Positions 36,893 through 48,320 of a stretch of 64,000 bases of DNA are shown in pieces. The stretch lies in assembly GCA_032718475.1 (NCBI GenBank), contig JAUCBJ010006667.1, positions 1 through 64,000 on the forward strand, written 5' to 3'. The notes under the pieces are model-generated. The model saw nothing but the letters and a program-made list of their open reading frames with translations. It was not told where the DNA came from and did no database searches. Source of the DNA: Nemertoderma westbladi (Eukaryota; Animalia; Xenacoelomorpha). Numbering within the stretch: position 1 is the first letter of the stretch; every line of letters begins with the position of its first letter. The position numbers and the translations under genes were made by a program.

Positions 36893-39872
36893 ATGAGTAC
36901 CGGTATCCCAGGAGAAACCCGGCGGGGCACAGCCAGTACGGTAGGCCCCGAACATTCGTCCCACTTAGACGGGACTCCAACCGGCTCAGCAGACAGCCAG
37001 TTCAAGGGATGGTCAGACTCATCCCACGCGGATCAACCCGGCTCCCAGGGGGCCATTGGAGGAGACCCGCAACCCGAGGTATGTTCTGACTCGGCGGTTT
37101 TACCGGAGTCAGTCAATGTACCTGATACCAACCGAACATCCACGGTTCCAGGGCGCATCGGTTCAGCGGTGAACTCGCGCACTGGACCGGTACTGCCAAC
37201 TACAACAGGGCAACACCCAGTTCGGCCGAGGACACCGAGCCCTGATGGGGGGAGCCCGCAGCATTCCGATTCAGACGACAGACGTGCTCCTGCGGGTGCC
37301 ACCGCGGGGGCAGCGACGGTCGAGGACGCGGTCGTTCGATTGCAGCCGCGGGGAGCACGGAGCGATACTCGAACTGGATCACCCGTTAAACCCGCCCGCG
37401 CCCGACGCCTAACGCGATCTACGATCGAGAAGGGGACCCTTCCTTCTAGGGATACAGGTGAGGTCGAGAAACTGGAGCGGAAATACAGACGCGCTAGGGA
37501 CCGTATGGAGGATGGGGTCAAGGCGGGTACGTTAAACTTCAACATTGACGAGGCCGTCGAGCAGGTAAACTTGTACATAGAGCACCTCAATAAATATCAG
37601 CAGGAGGTGGCAAGTGACCAAATAACGGACCATATAGCCAACTTACTTACTGTACTGTATATTACGCATAAACTGGTAGGTATATACAGGGTTGGTAAGG
37701 TTGTAGTAGGTGAAGCCGCGACAGCTGTCGCCAAAAATTGGGATAGTGTACCACTGGGGGGAGAGATGAGGGAGGCGGAAGCAGAGCTCCTACCCAGTGA
37801 TTCAGTTTCCCAGGTTGAGTCCAATCGGGGGACTTTTATTTCGAGCCAAGTTCGCTCAAACTACATGTCGGTAGCTTCATCTAGGGGGGTAAGGGAGGAA
37901 GAACTACATGCCCAGTTCCTTATAGAACAACGGGAACTGGAGGGTGAACTCCTAGAACAGGAGTTAGAGAGGGAAGAGAAGGCTAGAAGGGTTAGGGCCC
38001 ACAGGTTAGCGAAAAATAGGAAACAACAATTAGAGGCCCGACAGCAAAAACGGTTAGTTAGTCTATGAGCAGCCTCTGAGAATGGTAGTTCAGTGTCCCG
38101 CCCTACCCAGGTTAGTCAAAGTGTCTCAGTGCCGTGCGGTCTGGCGCAGGTTGCCGCAGCCCGCAAGCAAACAAATAATCGGGTTGAATTAAATAAACCC
38201 ATAGAATTTAATAATTTAAATCTATTAAATAAACAAACCCAACTCGTTGACATAGACCAGACAGCAGGCCGTCGGCTGACATACCTTGTACAGCGGCAAG
38301 CCGTTCAGACATCGGCCAGGTTACCCGCAACACAGGGGTTAGTACAGGGAGTCTCTGAAGGAGACAGTATAAGGCTGATGAGCCGAGATACTGATAATTG
38401 TATTAATTTAAATGGAAATTTAAATAACAATTTAACACCAAATATTGATTTATTGCAATATAATGCAAATTCTAATAAAAACGCAAATATAATTGCACCA
38501 ATAATAATACAAAGTAATGTGGAGGCACCAGTCCTGTCTAATAACATAGACAGTGACTCACACCAACCCACACATAACACAGACGACATTGCAGTGCCGC
38601 CAAAGCGGCAGTAGGTTGTACTGTGGTAATCAAATCGCTTCACACGAAGAGTCGGATCGGGAGGAGCGATTGCGAGACTCGGGAGATCGCACGTCGGTTC
38701 GAGTCAGTAGCAAAGTGGAGGAAGTCTACTACGACGGATGTCCGGGGGCAAGAACTGGCCAACTTACGCAATCTGGCGAGTCTGAGCGGGCGACGAGGGC
38801 TCAGGAGGATCGCTCTTCGGATGAACTCGTCGATCCGTTATGTAGGCTAGGCCAGCCAGCTACTGTAGGCTATCAGTCAGTAGACCAGCAAGAACAAGCT
38901 ACAGTAGTGCCGGACATAGATAAACAAACAACCCTAAACCCCAATGCGAGTGATTATAGACCGCCGAGAGTTCCAGAAGGGGGTCGACTTAATTTATCGG
39001 ACGTTCGACATGCAGACTCCACTGCGAATGTACCGGTACCGCGAGTACCCCTATGGAGGCCTAGGGATGATAATGTGTATTACAATAGTAATATAAGAGA
39101 ATATTTACCAGTAACAGCAAGCCCTTCATACAACCCAACTTCATCAGGGACATACACCCAAAGGGGGTCTAATGAAACTATTCATAGCCCCGTAGGTCCA
39201 CATTATGATACTTTACCTAGGCTATCTTACCCCAGTAGGGAAACTGATAAACCTGCATATAATAATGTTGGGGGTAAGGACATGGCAAGGGGCCCAGGGG
39301 GCCTAGGAATGTATAGACCAAATATTGGTGAAGGGTCTTCCCATAGGGATGGTGTCCCATCAGGACCTGCCAGTGGCTCTATTGGACAGACTACTTCACT
39401 ACCAACAATACCAGAACATGTCAGCAGCACAGACCCTACAGGGGGAATGAGTGCAGTGGTGGATGCACTCAGGGTGCGTTTAGAATTGCCTCCCATCAAA
39501 CCCTTTACATTTGATGTGACAAAGCCTGAAGAGTATGTACAATTCAGGAGCATGTTCAACGAGGAAGTCATGTCTAGGGGTCTAACTACAACTCGATGTC
39601 TAACTCATCTTCAGTCCTATGTAGAGGGAGAAGCTAGCGACATTGTTAGGCCATTTCTGGGCATGGAAGGAGGCTTCGCAGAGGCGTGGGCAGCCCTAGA
39701 TAGTGAATATGGGCATCCTGCGCGTATTATTCGAAACACCATACGTACCTTAACTGCAAATACATCCTTGCAAAAGCCTAAAGAATTAAAGGCATTTGCT
39801 GCAAAGGTCAAAAAGGCTCTTATTGTGCTGCGCACATTGGGGTGACCAGCCGAGCTTAGCTCCACGTCCAAT
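36893..39872 (+). pseudogene. Disrupted gag region of BEL element 1
   Basis: ORFs 36893-38068 and 38093-38614 share a frame separated by TGA. A frameshift then leads to 38553-39845 (DUF1759-like FD..KPEEY..F...F, L..Y..GEA, L..EYG.P), which ends in an in-frame TGA before pol. Confidence 0.8.
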
Positions 39873-42800
39873 ATGACATCCATAGTGGAAACCTTACCAG
39901 TATGGATGCGCAGCCTATGGCGCAAGAAGGCATATGTCCTACGCGAGGAAAAGGACAGGGAACCAGATTTTGCAGACCTGTCCGCCTTCCTTACCTTCCA
40001 GGCAGAGATTATGACAGACCCCATATATGGGGAAGATAACTTCAACATTCCTAAAACTGGAGGAAAATCTAAAGTACTTCCCGCAACCACAAATAGAGAC
40101 AAAATGAATAGCCCTGCTTATCCACTGCCACGCAAAAATGCCACAGGTGTTTTTCATCTGGCAGAAAATGAAAGGTCCAGTAGGGATCCCGTGTCAAGAT
40201 CGAAGTCACCCTCGGTGCCAGCAAAAAGGCACCAACCACCAGTGGCACCTCCGGAGGGCACTTCTCGAAATTCGACATATAAACAATCGGAGTGGTTTAC
40301 TCCATTTACACCTTACTGGGACATAGGAACCTTAGATTACAGCGACGAGGTGGACTGCCAGATCCATTTCAGAAACAAAGGTCACCCTACTAGAACTTGC
40401 AGGGTGTGGCAAGCACAAAGCCAACAGGACAAGTGGAATTACCACAAGCGTCATGGTACATGCAAGCATTGTGTGACCACAGGCCACTTTTCAACGAACT
40501 GTCCCTATGCGCCTGCAAAGTCTGGGAAATCTGCTGAATCCGGGTCTACAGGCGTGATAAACACTTTATCTCTCCAGGATCGATATTATGGAGAGACAAC
40601 GTATCTTAAGATACTTCCTGTTAGAGTGACAGGATCGAGGAAACGGTCACTGACAACCCTAGCACTAGTCGATAACGGTGCTGGAATCGACATCCAAGGT
40701 GAAGTCGTTCGGAAGCAGTTGCATATTGCAACACAGCCAGAGACCGTGCATATAAGCACTATTGCATTAAAGAACCAGGAGATAAACATGCCGGTTGGGG
40801 AATGTACAGTTAGTTCTATTATGCCAGGGCCTGAGTTCTCAATTAAGTGCCCAGCAGTACGTGTGATAGACGAGGTAAACGTTCCCGCCGAAAGAGCAAC
40901 AACGGAGGAGATAGCCCAGTACTCATACCTGGACGGCATCGACTTCTCTCTTCCGCCATTGGATCTTCCATATGTCACCATGGTGCTGGGGATGTGCTGT
41001 CTCCCGGTACATGCAGAGCTGGAGATAGTTCAGGGTCCGGGTAGAAATCAGCCCCAGGCTGTACGAACACCCCTGGGTTGGGTATTACTTGGCAAGGTGG
41101 CTAATGTACCGTCTATATCAAACCCGACAGAGGCTGTTACTGCTAACCACATCATTAAATCAGTAAAACCGGGCCCAGCTAGACCAATCACATCCCATGA
41201 ACTCACTTATACCCCAACTGACACAGCTGGGATCTCAAGTGGCACTACGGTGGCACAAGACCTAGCAACCCTCTTCAACCTGGATAGCGAAGGGTTGTAT
41301 GAACCGACGCTTGGCCAATCCCAGGAGGATGTTAGAGCAACCAAGGCACTAACAAATTCAACCATCTTTCGAGATGGCCACTACACAGCAAGAATGCTGT
41401 GGAAAGACCCGAATGGGCAGTTACCTAACAATGAATCCATGGCAGTAGAGCGCCTACGCAAATTCAAGGTAACGCTCAACCGAGATGAGCGAAAGAAACA
41501 GTTTGTTCATCGAACCATTCAGAAGTATCTAGATCGAGGGTGGGCAGTCCAGCTAGCGAACCAGGAACCCAATACTACTCGAACCTATTACTTACCCCTT
41601 CATGTCGCCGTAGATGTGAAGAAGAACAATAAACTCCGGTTGGTTAACGACGCTGCAGCCAAATACCATGGGAAGTCGCTGAACGACTATCTCCATGAGG
41701 GGCCCAACATTTATAATACAGGAGCAGATGTGCTCATGAGGTTCAGAGAGGGAACCAAGGCCTTCACATGCGATGTGGAGGCCATGTTCCACCAAGTTCG
41801 GGTCTATCAGGAGGACAGCGATAGCCTCCGATTCCTCTGGCACGACAGCGATAACCCGAACGAGGTGCCAAAGAAATTCAAGATGTTGGTCCACATCTTT
41901 GGCGCCAAGTGTTCGCCGTTCATCACCACAGATAAACTACGGCAAACCACCTTTGACAAGAATGTTCTCATCGAATTCTCACAAGAGGTAATCCGCATGA
42001 TTAGGGAGAACTTCTATGTAGACGATGGTCTGCAATCAGCCAACTCGACTGAACAAATCCTCAGCCTAGTGAAGGAAGCGGTAGAGATTCTACGGCGGGG
42101 AGGATTCTGGCTGAGGCAGTTCAAGTCGAATTGTCCCGAATTTGACGCCGAGATGGCCCCAGAGGATAAATCCACAGGCCTTCTCAAACAAAGTGAGAAC
42201 ATGGCTCCTATAAGCCTACAACCTCTAGCGGAGGGTAGGAGCCAGCCAGACGCAGCCTCAGGGGAAGTCAACCGGATATTGACGGAGGCTTCGGCAGAGC
42301 CTGAGGCCAGAGTGCTTGGGATTTCATGGGATAGGATCAACGATAATCTCGTGTATATCTTCAACGAGACAGCTATGACAAAGCATACATTACGGAATTA
42401 CCTATCATACATCGCGAGGATGTATGACCCCATAGGGTTAGCATCACCTAACCTGGTGGTGGGAAGGCATATCCTTCGCGAAGCATATCTGGGGAAGTTC
42501 AGATGGGATGAGGAACTCCCAGAACAGCTCAAAATCAAGTGGAGAGCTTGGCTCGAAGTTCTCAAGGATAATAGAAGGCTAAGTATACCGCGACCGTACT
42601 TCTCGGATGGGAATATGTCCGAAGTGGTCCTGCATGCCTTCTCAGACGCATCGACTAAGGGATATGGGGCCGTGATATACGTGGTTCAAGGAGGAGAGAA
42701 CAACCTGCAACCACGTCTGATCTTCAGTAAGGCCAGAACTGCTCCACTAAAACTAGTGACAATCCCGCGATTAGAGCTGATGGCTGCACTTCTGGCCACA

Positions 42801-44669
42801 CGCGCAGCTCAACAAGTACAAAAAGGTCTTAAGAATGAGCGAGAAGTAGAGTATTGGACGGATTCCACTGTTGTGCTTCGCTACATTCAAAATGAATCAC
42901 GAAGATTCAAAGTTTTCGTTGCTCATAGAGTGGACGAGATACGTGCCACGACCAACCTAAATAAGTGGCACTTCTGCCCGACAGACCAGAACCCAGCCGA
43001 CCTAGTGTCCCGGGGAACCCTCAAAGTCCCATCTAAGGAGTTGGAGACGCTCTGGCAGCATGGACCCTCTTTTCTCCATGATGTGGGGAAGTGGCCGGAA
43101 TTCTCGGACAAAGGTCAATCTCCCAAGTTAGACCCAGAAGATCCAGAGGTCAAGGTGGAGACCGTGTGCTTCGCTACTACTAGTACACTGATGACACCAA
43201 CAGATAAACTCTTGAGTCATAGCTCTTCATGGTATAAGACTGTGAAGCTGGCAGCCAACTTCAGGGCCTGGTTCGCCTATATCAGACAAGGGCGTACTGG
43301 AGACAAGCCCATTATAGACTGGAAGGGGGCCAAGGTGGCTGTCATTAAGTATGTCCAGCGACTGGCATACACACAGGAGATAGGACGGTTAGCATCTGGG
43401 AAACCCATTCCGATGGATAGCCTAATCAAATCGTTGTCACCAACACTAAACCAGGAAGGAGTCCTGGTCATGGACTCACGAGTACGACGGGCAGGATGTC
43501 AGATAATTCCAAGCAAGCCCGTAATACTACCGCGGCAGAGACCAGTGACGCAGCAGATCATCAACGATAGTCACCAGCGGGTGATGCATGGGGGTACTGA
43601 CGCAACTCTCGCTTACGTGAGACGCACGTACTGGATTCCAGCGGTGCGCCGATCAATCAAACAGACTATAAACTCTTGTTCTACCTGCCGTTTAGTGCGG
43701 AAAGTACGAGTAACCCAAGTGATGGCGCCGCTTCCACCCGAACGAACAATAGAGTATGAACCACCATTTACCTATACAGGAACTGATATGTTCGGGCCGA
43801 TAGTGGTAAAGGTTTATCGACAGCAGCGGAAATCGTACGGCATCATTTTCGTTTGTTACAATACCCGAGCCATCGCCTTGGAACTTGCAGTCGACGCCTC
43901 GGCCAGCGCTTTCATCAACGCCCTTCGACGCTTCATCAATCGATGTGGAAAGATCAAGCGTATGGCTTCCGATAATGGGGGAAATTTCATCGGTGCAGAG
44001 GCGGAGCTCAAAGAAGCCACGTGTACCTTCAATGCCAAGGAAGTGGCTCTCGCAATGCGCCGGGAAGGTGTGGACTGGGTACACACTACGCCCTATGCAC
44101 CACACACCGCCGGAGTTTGGGAACGTCTCATTGGAAGTTCCAAACGCCTGATGCTGGCACTACTCAGAGGGCACATCGTCACGGAGGACGTGCTCCGCAC
44201 TGTCTTTGCAGAGGGCGAACAAATTATGAACAGCAGACCACTCTGCGCGCTCAATGACGACCCAATGTCACTCGAGGTTCTCACACCCAACCATCTACTG
44301 TTGCGACGACCAGCTCAGATGATGCGACGGGGGGAGTGGGACCCTAATGAACTCTATTCACGCAAGTCCTGGCGGGTGGTACAAGCTCTCGCGGACGAGT
44401 ATCAACGTCGGTGGGTTCAAGAATACATACCCACTCTCCACAAGCGACGAAAATGGAGGACGGAGCAGAGGGACCTCAAACCGGGCGACCTCATACTGGT
44501 TACCGATGATACCCTACTCAAGAAAGACTGGTGCATGGCCAGGATCGTGCGCTGCTACCCAGGCGCAGACGGCCGAGTGCGTTCCGTCGAGGTCAGCCTT
44601 GGCAGCGGAGCTAAGCGCACCTACAAGCGACCAATAGGCAACTGCTGCCTATTGGAATGCGCGCCCTAA
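39873..44669 (+). CDS. BEL/Pao gag C-terminus plus pol (Zn knuckles, aspartic protease, RT, RNase H, integrase)
   Basis: CKHCVTTGHFSTNC, LVDNGAG, YYLPLH, DVEAMFHQV, NFYVDD, HAFSDAS, TIPRLEL, WTDS, NPADLVSRG, H...MHGG..CSTC, DMFGP, SDNGGNF, GVWER and DGRVR.V, in PR-RT-RH-IN order. Confidence 0.95.
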   Translation: MTSIVETLPVWMRSLWRKKAYVLREEKDREPDFADLSAFLTFQAEIMTDPIYGEDNFNIPKTGGKSKVLPATTNRDKMNSPAYPLPRKNATGVFHLAENERSSRDPVSRSKSPSVPAKRHQPPVAPPEGTSRNSTYKQSEWFTPFTPYWDIGTLDYSDEVDCQIHFRNKGHPTRTCRVWQAQSQQDKWNYHKRHGTCKHCVTTGHFSTNCPYAPAKSGKSAESGSTGVINTLSLQDRYYGETTYLKILPVRVTGSRKRSLTTLALVDNGAGIDIQGEVVRKQLHIATQPETVHISTIALKNQEINMPVGECTVSSIMPGPEFSIKCPAVRVIDEVNVPAERATTEEIAQYSYLDGIDFSLPPLDLPYVTMVLGMCCLPVHAELEIVQGPGRNQPQAVRTPLGWVLLGKVANVPSISNPTEAVTANHIIKSVKPGPARPITSHELTYTPTDTAGISSGTTVAQDLATLFNLDSEGLYEPTLGQSQEDVRATKALTNSTIFRDGHYTARMLWKDPNGQLPNNESMAVERLRKFKVTLNRDERKKQFVHRTIQKYLDRGWAVQLANQEPNTTRTYYLPLHVAVDVKKNNKLRLVNDAAAKYHGKSLNDYLHEGPNIYNTGADVLMRFREGTKAFTCDVEAMFHQVRVYQEDSDSLRFLWHDSDNPNEVPKKFKMLVHIFGAKCSPFITTDKLRQTTFDKNVLIEFSQEVIRMIRENFYVDDGLQSANSTEQILSLVKEAVEILRRGGFWLRQFKSNCPEFDAEMAPEDKSTGLLKQSENMAPISLQPLAEGRSQPDAASGEVNRILTEASAEPEARVLGISWDRINDNLVYIFNETAMTKHTLRNYLSYIARMYDPIGLASPNLVVGRHILREAYLGKFRWDEELPEQLKIKWRAWLEVLKDNRRLSIPRPYFSDGNMSEVVLHAFSDASTKGYGAVIYVVQGGENNLQPRLIFSKARTAPLKLVTIPRLELMAALLATRAAQQVQKGLKNEREVEYWTDSTVVLRYIQNESRRFKVFVAHRVDEIRATTNLNKWHFCPTDQNPADLVSRGTLKVPSKELETLWQHGPSFLHDVGKWPEFSDKGQSPKLDPEDPEVKVETVCFATTSTLMTPTDKLLSHSSSWYKTVKLAANFRAWFAYIRQGRTGDKPIIDWKGAKVAVIKYVQRLAYTQEIGRLASGKPIPMDSLIKSLSPTLNQEGVLVMDSRVRRAGCQIIPSKPVILPRQRPVTQQIINDSHQRVMHGGTDATLAYVRRTYWIPAVRRSIKQTINSCSTCRLVRKVRVTQVMAPLPPERTIEYEPPFTYTGTDMFGPIVVKVYRQQRKSYGIIFVCYNTRAIALELAVDASASAFINALRRFINRCGKIKRMASDNGGNFIGAEAELKEATCTFNAKEVALAMRREGVDWVHTTPYAPHTAGVWERLIGSSKRLMLALLRGHIVTEDVLRTVFAEGEQIMNSRPLCALNDDPMSLEVLTPNHLLLRRPAQMMRRGEWDPNELYSRKSWRVVQALADEYQRRWVQEYIPTLHKRRKWRTEQRDLKPGDLILVTDDTLLKKDWCMARIVRCYPGADGRVRSVEVSLGSGAKRTYKRPIGNCCLLECAP

Positions 44670-46899
44670 TTAAAGACGGGGCAAGCCGTCTGGGGGGAGG
44701 ATGGGTGGCAAAAAAAAAAAAAAAAACCAAAATCCTCTCAACTTCGCATCGACAGCAGATATCGACAACTGGTGCGAAGGATGATATCCACCAGTGGATT
44801 ATCATAAACTCAATGTCTACCCGTAGACTTTAACAAACTCTCCTTTATGTCTATTCAATAGACTTAATAAACTCAACTTTATGTCCTCTCTATGGACAGC
44901 TTTATGTGCCTATTTAAAGGACAACATAGGTCTACCCCGTAGACTGTGTGGACAGCTTTAGCTTTAGATCTATTCCATAGATCGCTTACTTACATCCACT
45001 CCGTGGATAGCTTTAGGTCTATTCTGTAGACCACTTACTTATGTCCACTTAATGGACAACCTTATGTCTACTCCGTAGACGATGTAGCTAGGCCTGCTTT
45101 ATAGGCTGCTAGTACTATAATGTCCAATCCGGGACAGCTCAACTATGTCTATTCCATAGACAGCTAATGTTACTAGGATTACTCCGTAGTCTTCAGTAAC
45201 TAAAAACTGACTGGGTCTCTAGGACGCGTGGTAAACCCTGTAAAGGGCAAACCCACCACTGGAGGCACGGCTGTCAGTGTGCACTTGAATATTCCACCGC
45301 AGGGATATGCCTATCCGATTGTGCCGCAATCGGTGAGCGAGGCTACCCCTAAAAGCTATGTTTGTAGAGGGCTCCGCGCTCTACGGCATAGCGCCACTCT
45401 AATTAACAATGTCATTTGTTAATTAGCCCTAACTCTTCTATTTCTAATTAATTATGTACCTAGCACTATGTATAATTATAGCAAACTTCTATAGTGTAAT
45501 ATAGGTCTGTGCCTCTTACTTATAGGCACATTACGCGCAACGAATGTAGGCTATTACTAGGATAGCATTCTTCTTAGACTAAGTGAAACCTATATTAGCA
45601 CCACCAACCACCATTATTATTCATTGTGACAAGGAATTGGATTAATATTGCGCCACGCTATTTAGCATCTGAGTCTCATCAAGACACTGCCTTGTCACAT
45701 ACAAACCATAGCTAGCACAATCTGAGTTATTGCGAGTTAAGCCTTGTTGGCTTAGATTATAGCTATGGTTCCCAATGCCAATCAACTGAAGGATATGACA
45801 CGCGGGTTCTACTTTCTACGCGCATCTGGTTGAAGATTATCCCACCGCAATGTCCAAAATGTATGTTATAAAGTGTGAAACCGTGTTTACATGACAACTT
45901 ATGTAATTACCGTTCTAGAACGTGAAGGATCGGCTATCAGTGTTATATAGCTTAGAGCGCTCGACCTAAAGAGAAAGATATGCCCTATTAAATTCAAAAT
46001 TGGTGCATAGTTAAATTTAGTCATACCATCCACCAATAGTTTATTGTAAATTAATAAAGTGCTCCATGTTCTTAAAATTTTCTTACTTTATTAAACCTAA
46101 TACGGTAGGGGCAAATTTGATGGACATGAGACCACTGACAACCCATTTTAACAATGGGATCATTCTAAGGCGGCAAACCACCATGTTGGCTCCGTCAACA
46201 TGGGTCATAGTTAGCGACTTAGCAGTTCCACTGCTTGGCGCTAATACTGGGGATGTACATACAGTGAAGTATGTACATTTCTCTGTGTGGGCTAAAAAGC
46301 GCATTTAGTTCTCACAGGCAGTCTGGGGTACATGAATACATGAATTCACGCCTGTTCATGTACCAAGGAGCGACGATCCGTCGTTTAGCTCTCAGACACG
46401 CTAGTGCTTGCCAAAGATACGCGGTAAGTTGCTTGATGTGTCTCCTCTGGCGAAGATCAAGAGACACTGACTCAGCAAGGTAAGGTCATAGGTATCGGCT
46501 CCGTCGTAGTACCTGTTCTTGCCTGCTCCACAGCTGGCAAAAATGGTTAGTGTAACCTAGGGTGTACTGCTCCGCAGTTACACCCGCGCGCCCGGCTGCA
46601 GTTTCGTTACCTGGCAATCGAGGTAAAGTTAGCGCCTCTAGCACCACAGGTAAGGAAACAAGAATGTAATCGCCTAGTCCCCGACGAAGCGAGAACATGT
46701 ACCCATCTGCCCCTTGGGACTACAGTAGGGATTCTCCCAAAGTCTAGTCAGTGTTAACCAAGGGTAAGTACTATCAGCAGTATGTCCAAGGGAGGGAATA
46801 GTCCATTCAACTGCAAATGTCAACCAGCAGGCTAAGTCTTTTGGGTATAAGGAAATTTGCGAGGTTGTTCCGCAACCTCTCAAATTCCTTAGGGGGGAG

Positions 46900-47440
46900 T
46901 GTGACCGTAGCCCAGCCATCCCGGCCATAAGAACCATTATATGGGTAGGGGCTTCAATTTCAAATATTCCCTCATCTCTCTTTCCCCATTTAACTACCCA
47001 CAATACCAATAGTTCTACCATTTCGGCCGCTTCACCTATTACAGCATTGCCACCGGCCCTTACAGTAGGTGTAGCGTAGCCATGGTATTACTGTGTCATG
47101 ATCGGGTGCTATTTATAGGTGTATATCATACCGCGCTCTGTGAGTGGCTGTTGTCTCCCATTCGCTAACGGTTCTACCGCCAGAACCTATAAGGCAGGGC
47201 GTTTCTCAACCTCTGCATTATTCCTTCTGCAGTGTACCTGACAGCGTGCCATTGCTTCTACCGTAGTTTCTGCCTTTTCAGACATTCAACATCAGTCACT
47301 CACAGACCGGCCCATAAAACTCACTTATGCATAACAACATTATTCTAAGATCTATTCAACTTTATTATCATGGGTTCGGGAAGGGCGGGAGCTACGCGTT
47401 ATTAGCGGCTCACAGGTTCATCAGCCAGCAGTGGGGAATA
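46900..47440 (+). repeat. 3' LTR of BEL element 1
   Basis: Follows the PPT and ends AATA immediately before the TSD. Confidence 0.9.
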
Positions 47441-47634
47441 GATCATTTCTATAGTATGGTTTGCTCATACCCATCTCCTCCGTTGAGAGCGAGTGCTTGG
47501 GGATGAGTTAGAGTGGCCTTTCTTGACCGTGAGGAAAGTCTCTAGGTCGGCCTCTCCGAGGTCCTTGGTGTGACTGTCTGTGATCGCTCCCACTCCCTCG
47601 GGAGTGGGATGGACTGGCCGCGTTCTGAGAGTGA
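47441..47634 (+). ncRNA. U3: U3 snoRNA gene, 3' part (now probably a pseudogene)
   Basis: GATCATTTCTATAGT (Box A), GGATGA (C', 47501), TGACCGTGA (Box B-like, 47524), TGTGATCG (degenerate Box C, about 47579), hairpin TCCCACTCC/GGAGTGGGA, and CTGA (Box D, 47625). Reconstituted length is about 212 nt. Confidence 0.85.
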
Positions 47635-48320
47635 TGGATTAACAATAACATGGGGCAAAACACGATAATAAATTGCTTAAATTTAAAACATGAAATTGAA
47701 CTTTATTTATTTTATTGTAATGATTTAATTTCAATTATAATTTTATAAAATATCAATAAATATACTATATTTATACCTTAACATTTCAATAATTCATTAC
47801 TTTTGCTATAGTTAGTAAAGCAAACAGTGTAACCTACCATAATAATGTAACGGAACGGTATAAAGTTACCATAAGTAGCCCAAACCAACAAACACTATGA
47901 ATTAATTATACGATTATACATGGAAATAAATGTAATATCGTCGTGGTAATTAGGGCCTAATTAAGCTAAGCCGGTTAGAGTATGACAAAAATCAAGCCGA
48001 TATTTATAACGAAACTGCCTCTTTATAGAGGTTGGTAGTTGTTGCAGTAAAGATGGACCCTCAATAAAGCGCAAGACTTAAGATGTGAAAGTAGCGGGTT
48101 CGATACCGAATCAGTTCCTTTTGTGTTTTTTGTTGTTAAAGTTTAGGAGTTTTGTATAGCTCCAGCTTTCTGGCTTTTCTGGTTAGATACGGAACTGTCG
48201 ATTACACAGAAAATGTACGATAATTGTAAAGTGCGGTTGGACCAGAGAGTTATTATTTCTTCCCGAACATTATTCAACCAACGGTATTGTATATAAACTT
48301 GAACGGCATAATCAGTTCAC

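Larger units (their letters stand above)
36033..47440 (+). mobile_element. Full-length BEL/Pao LTR retrotransposon (11.4 kb) inserted in the U3 snoRNA gene
   Basis: Direct repeats 36033-36576 and 46900-47440 (about 6 substitutions plus a 3-bp indel), 5-bp TSD GATCA, PPT AGGGGGGAG at 46891-46899, and BEL-type gag-pol. Confidence 0.95.

Noticed and set aside
36014-47460. Rejoined flanks ACCATACT...AGTATGGT as a second P-like footprint
   Set aside because: No TSD. It is better explained as the 5' stem-loop of U3 snoRNA.
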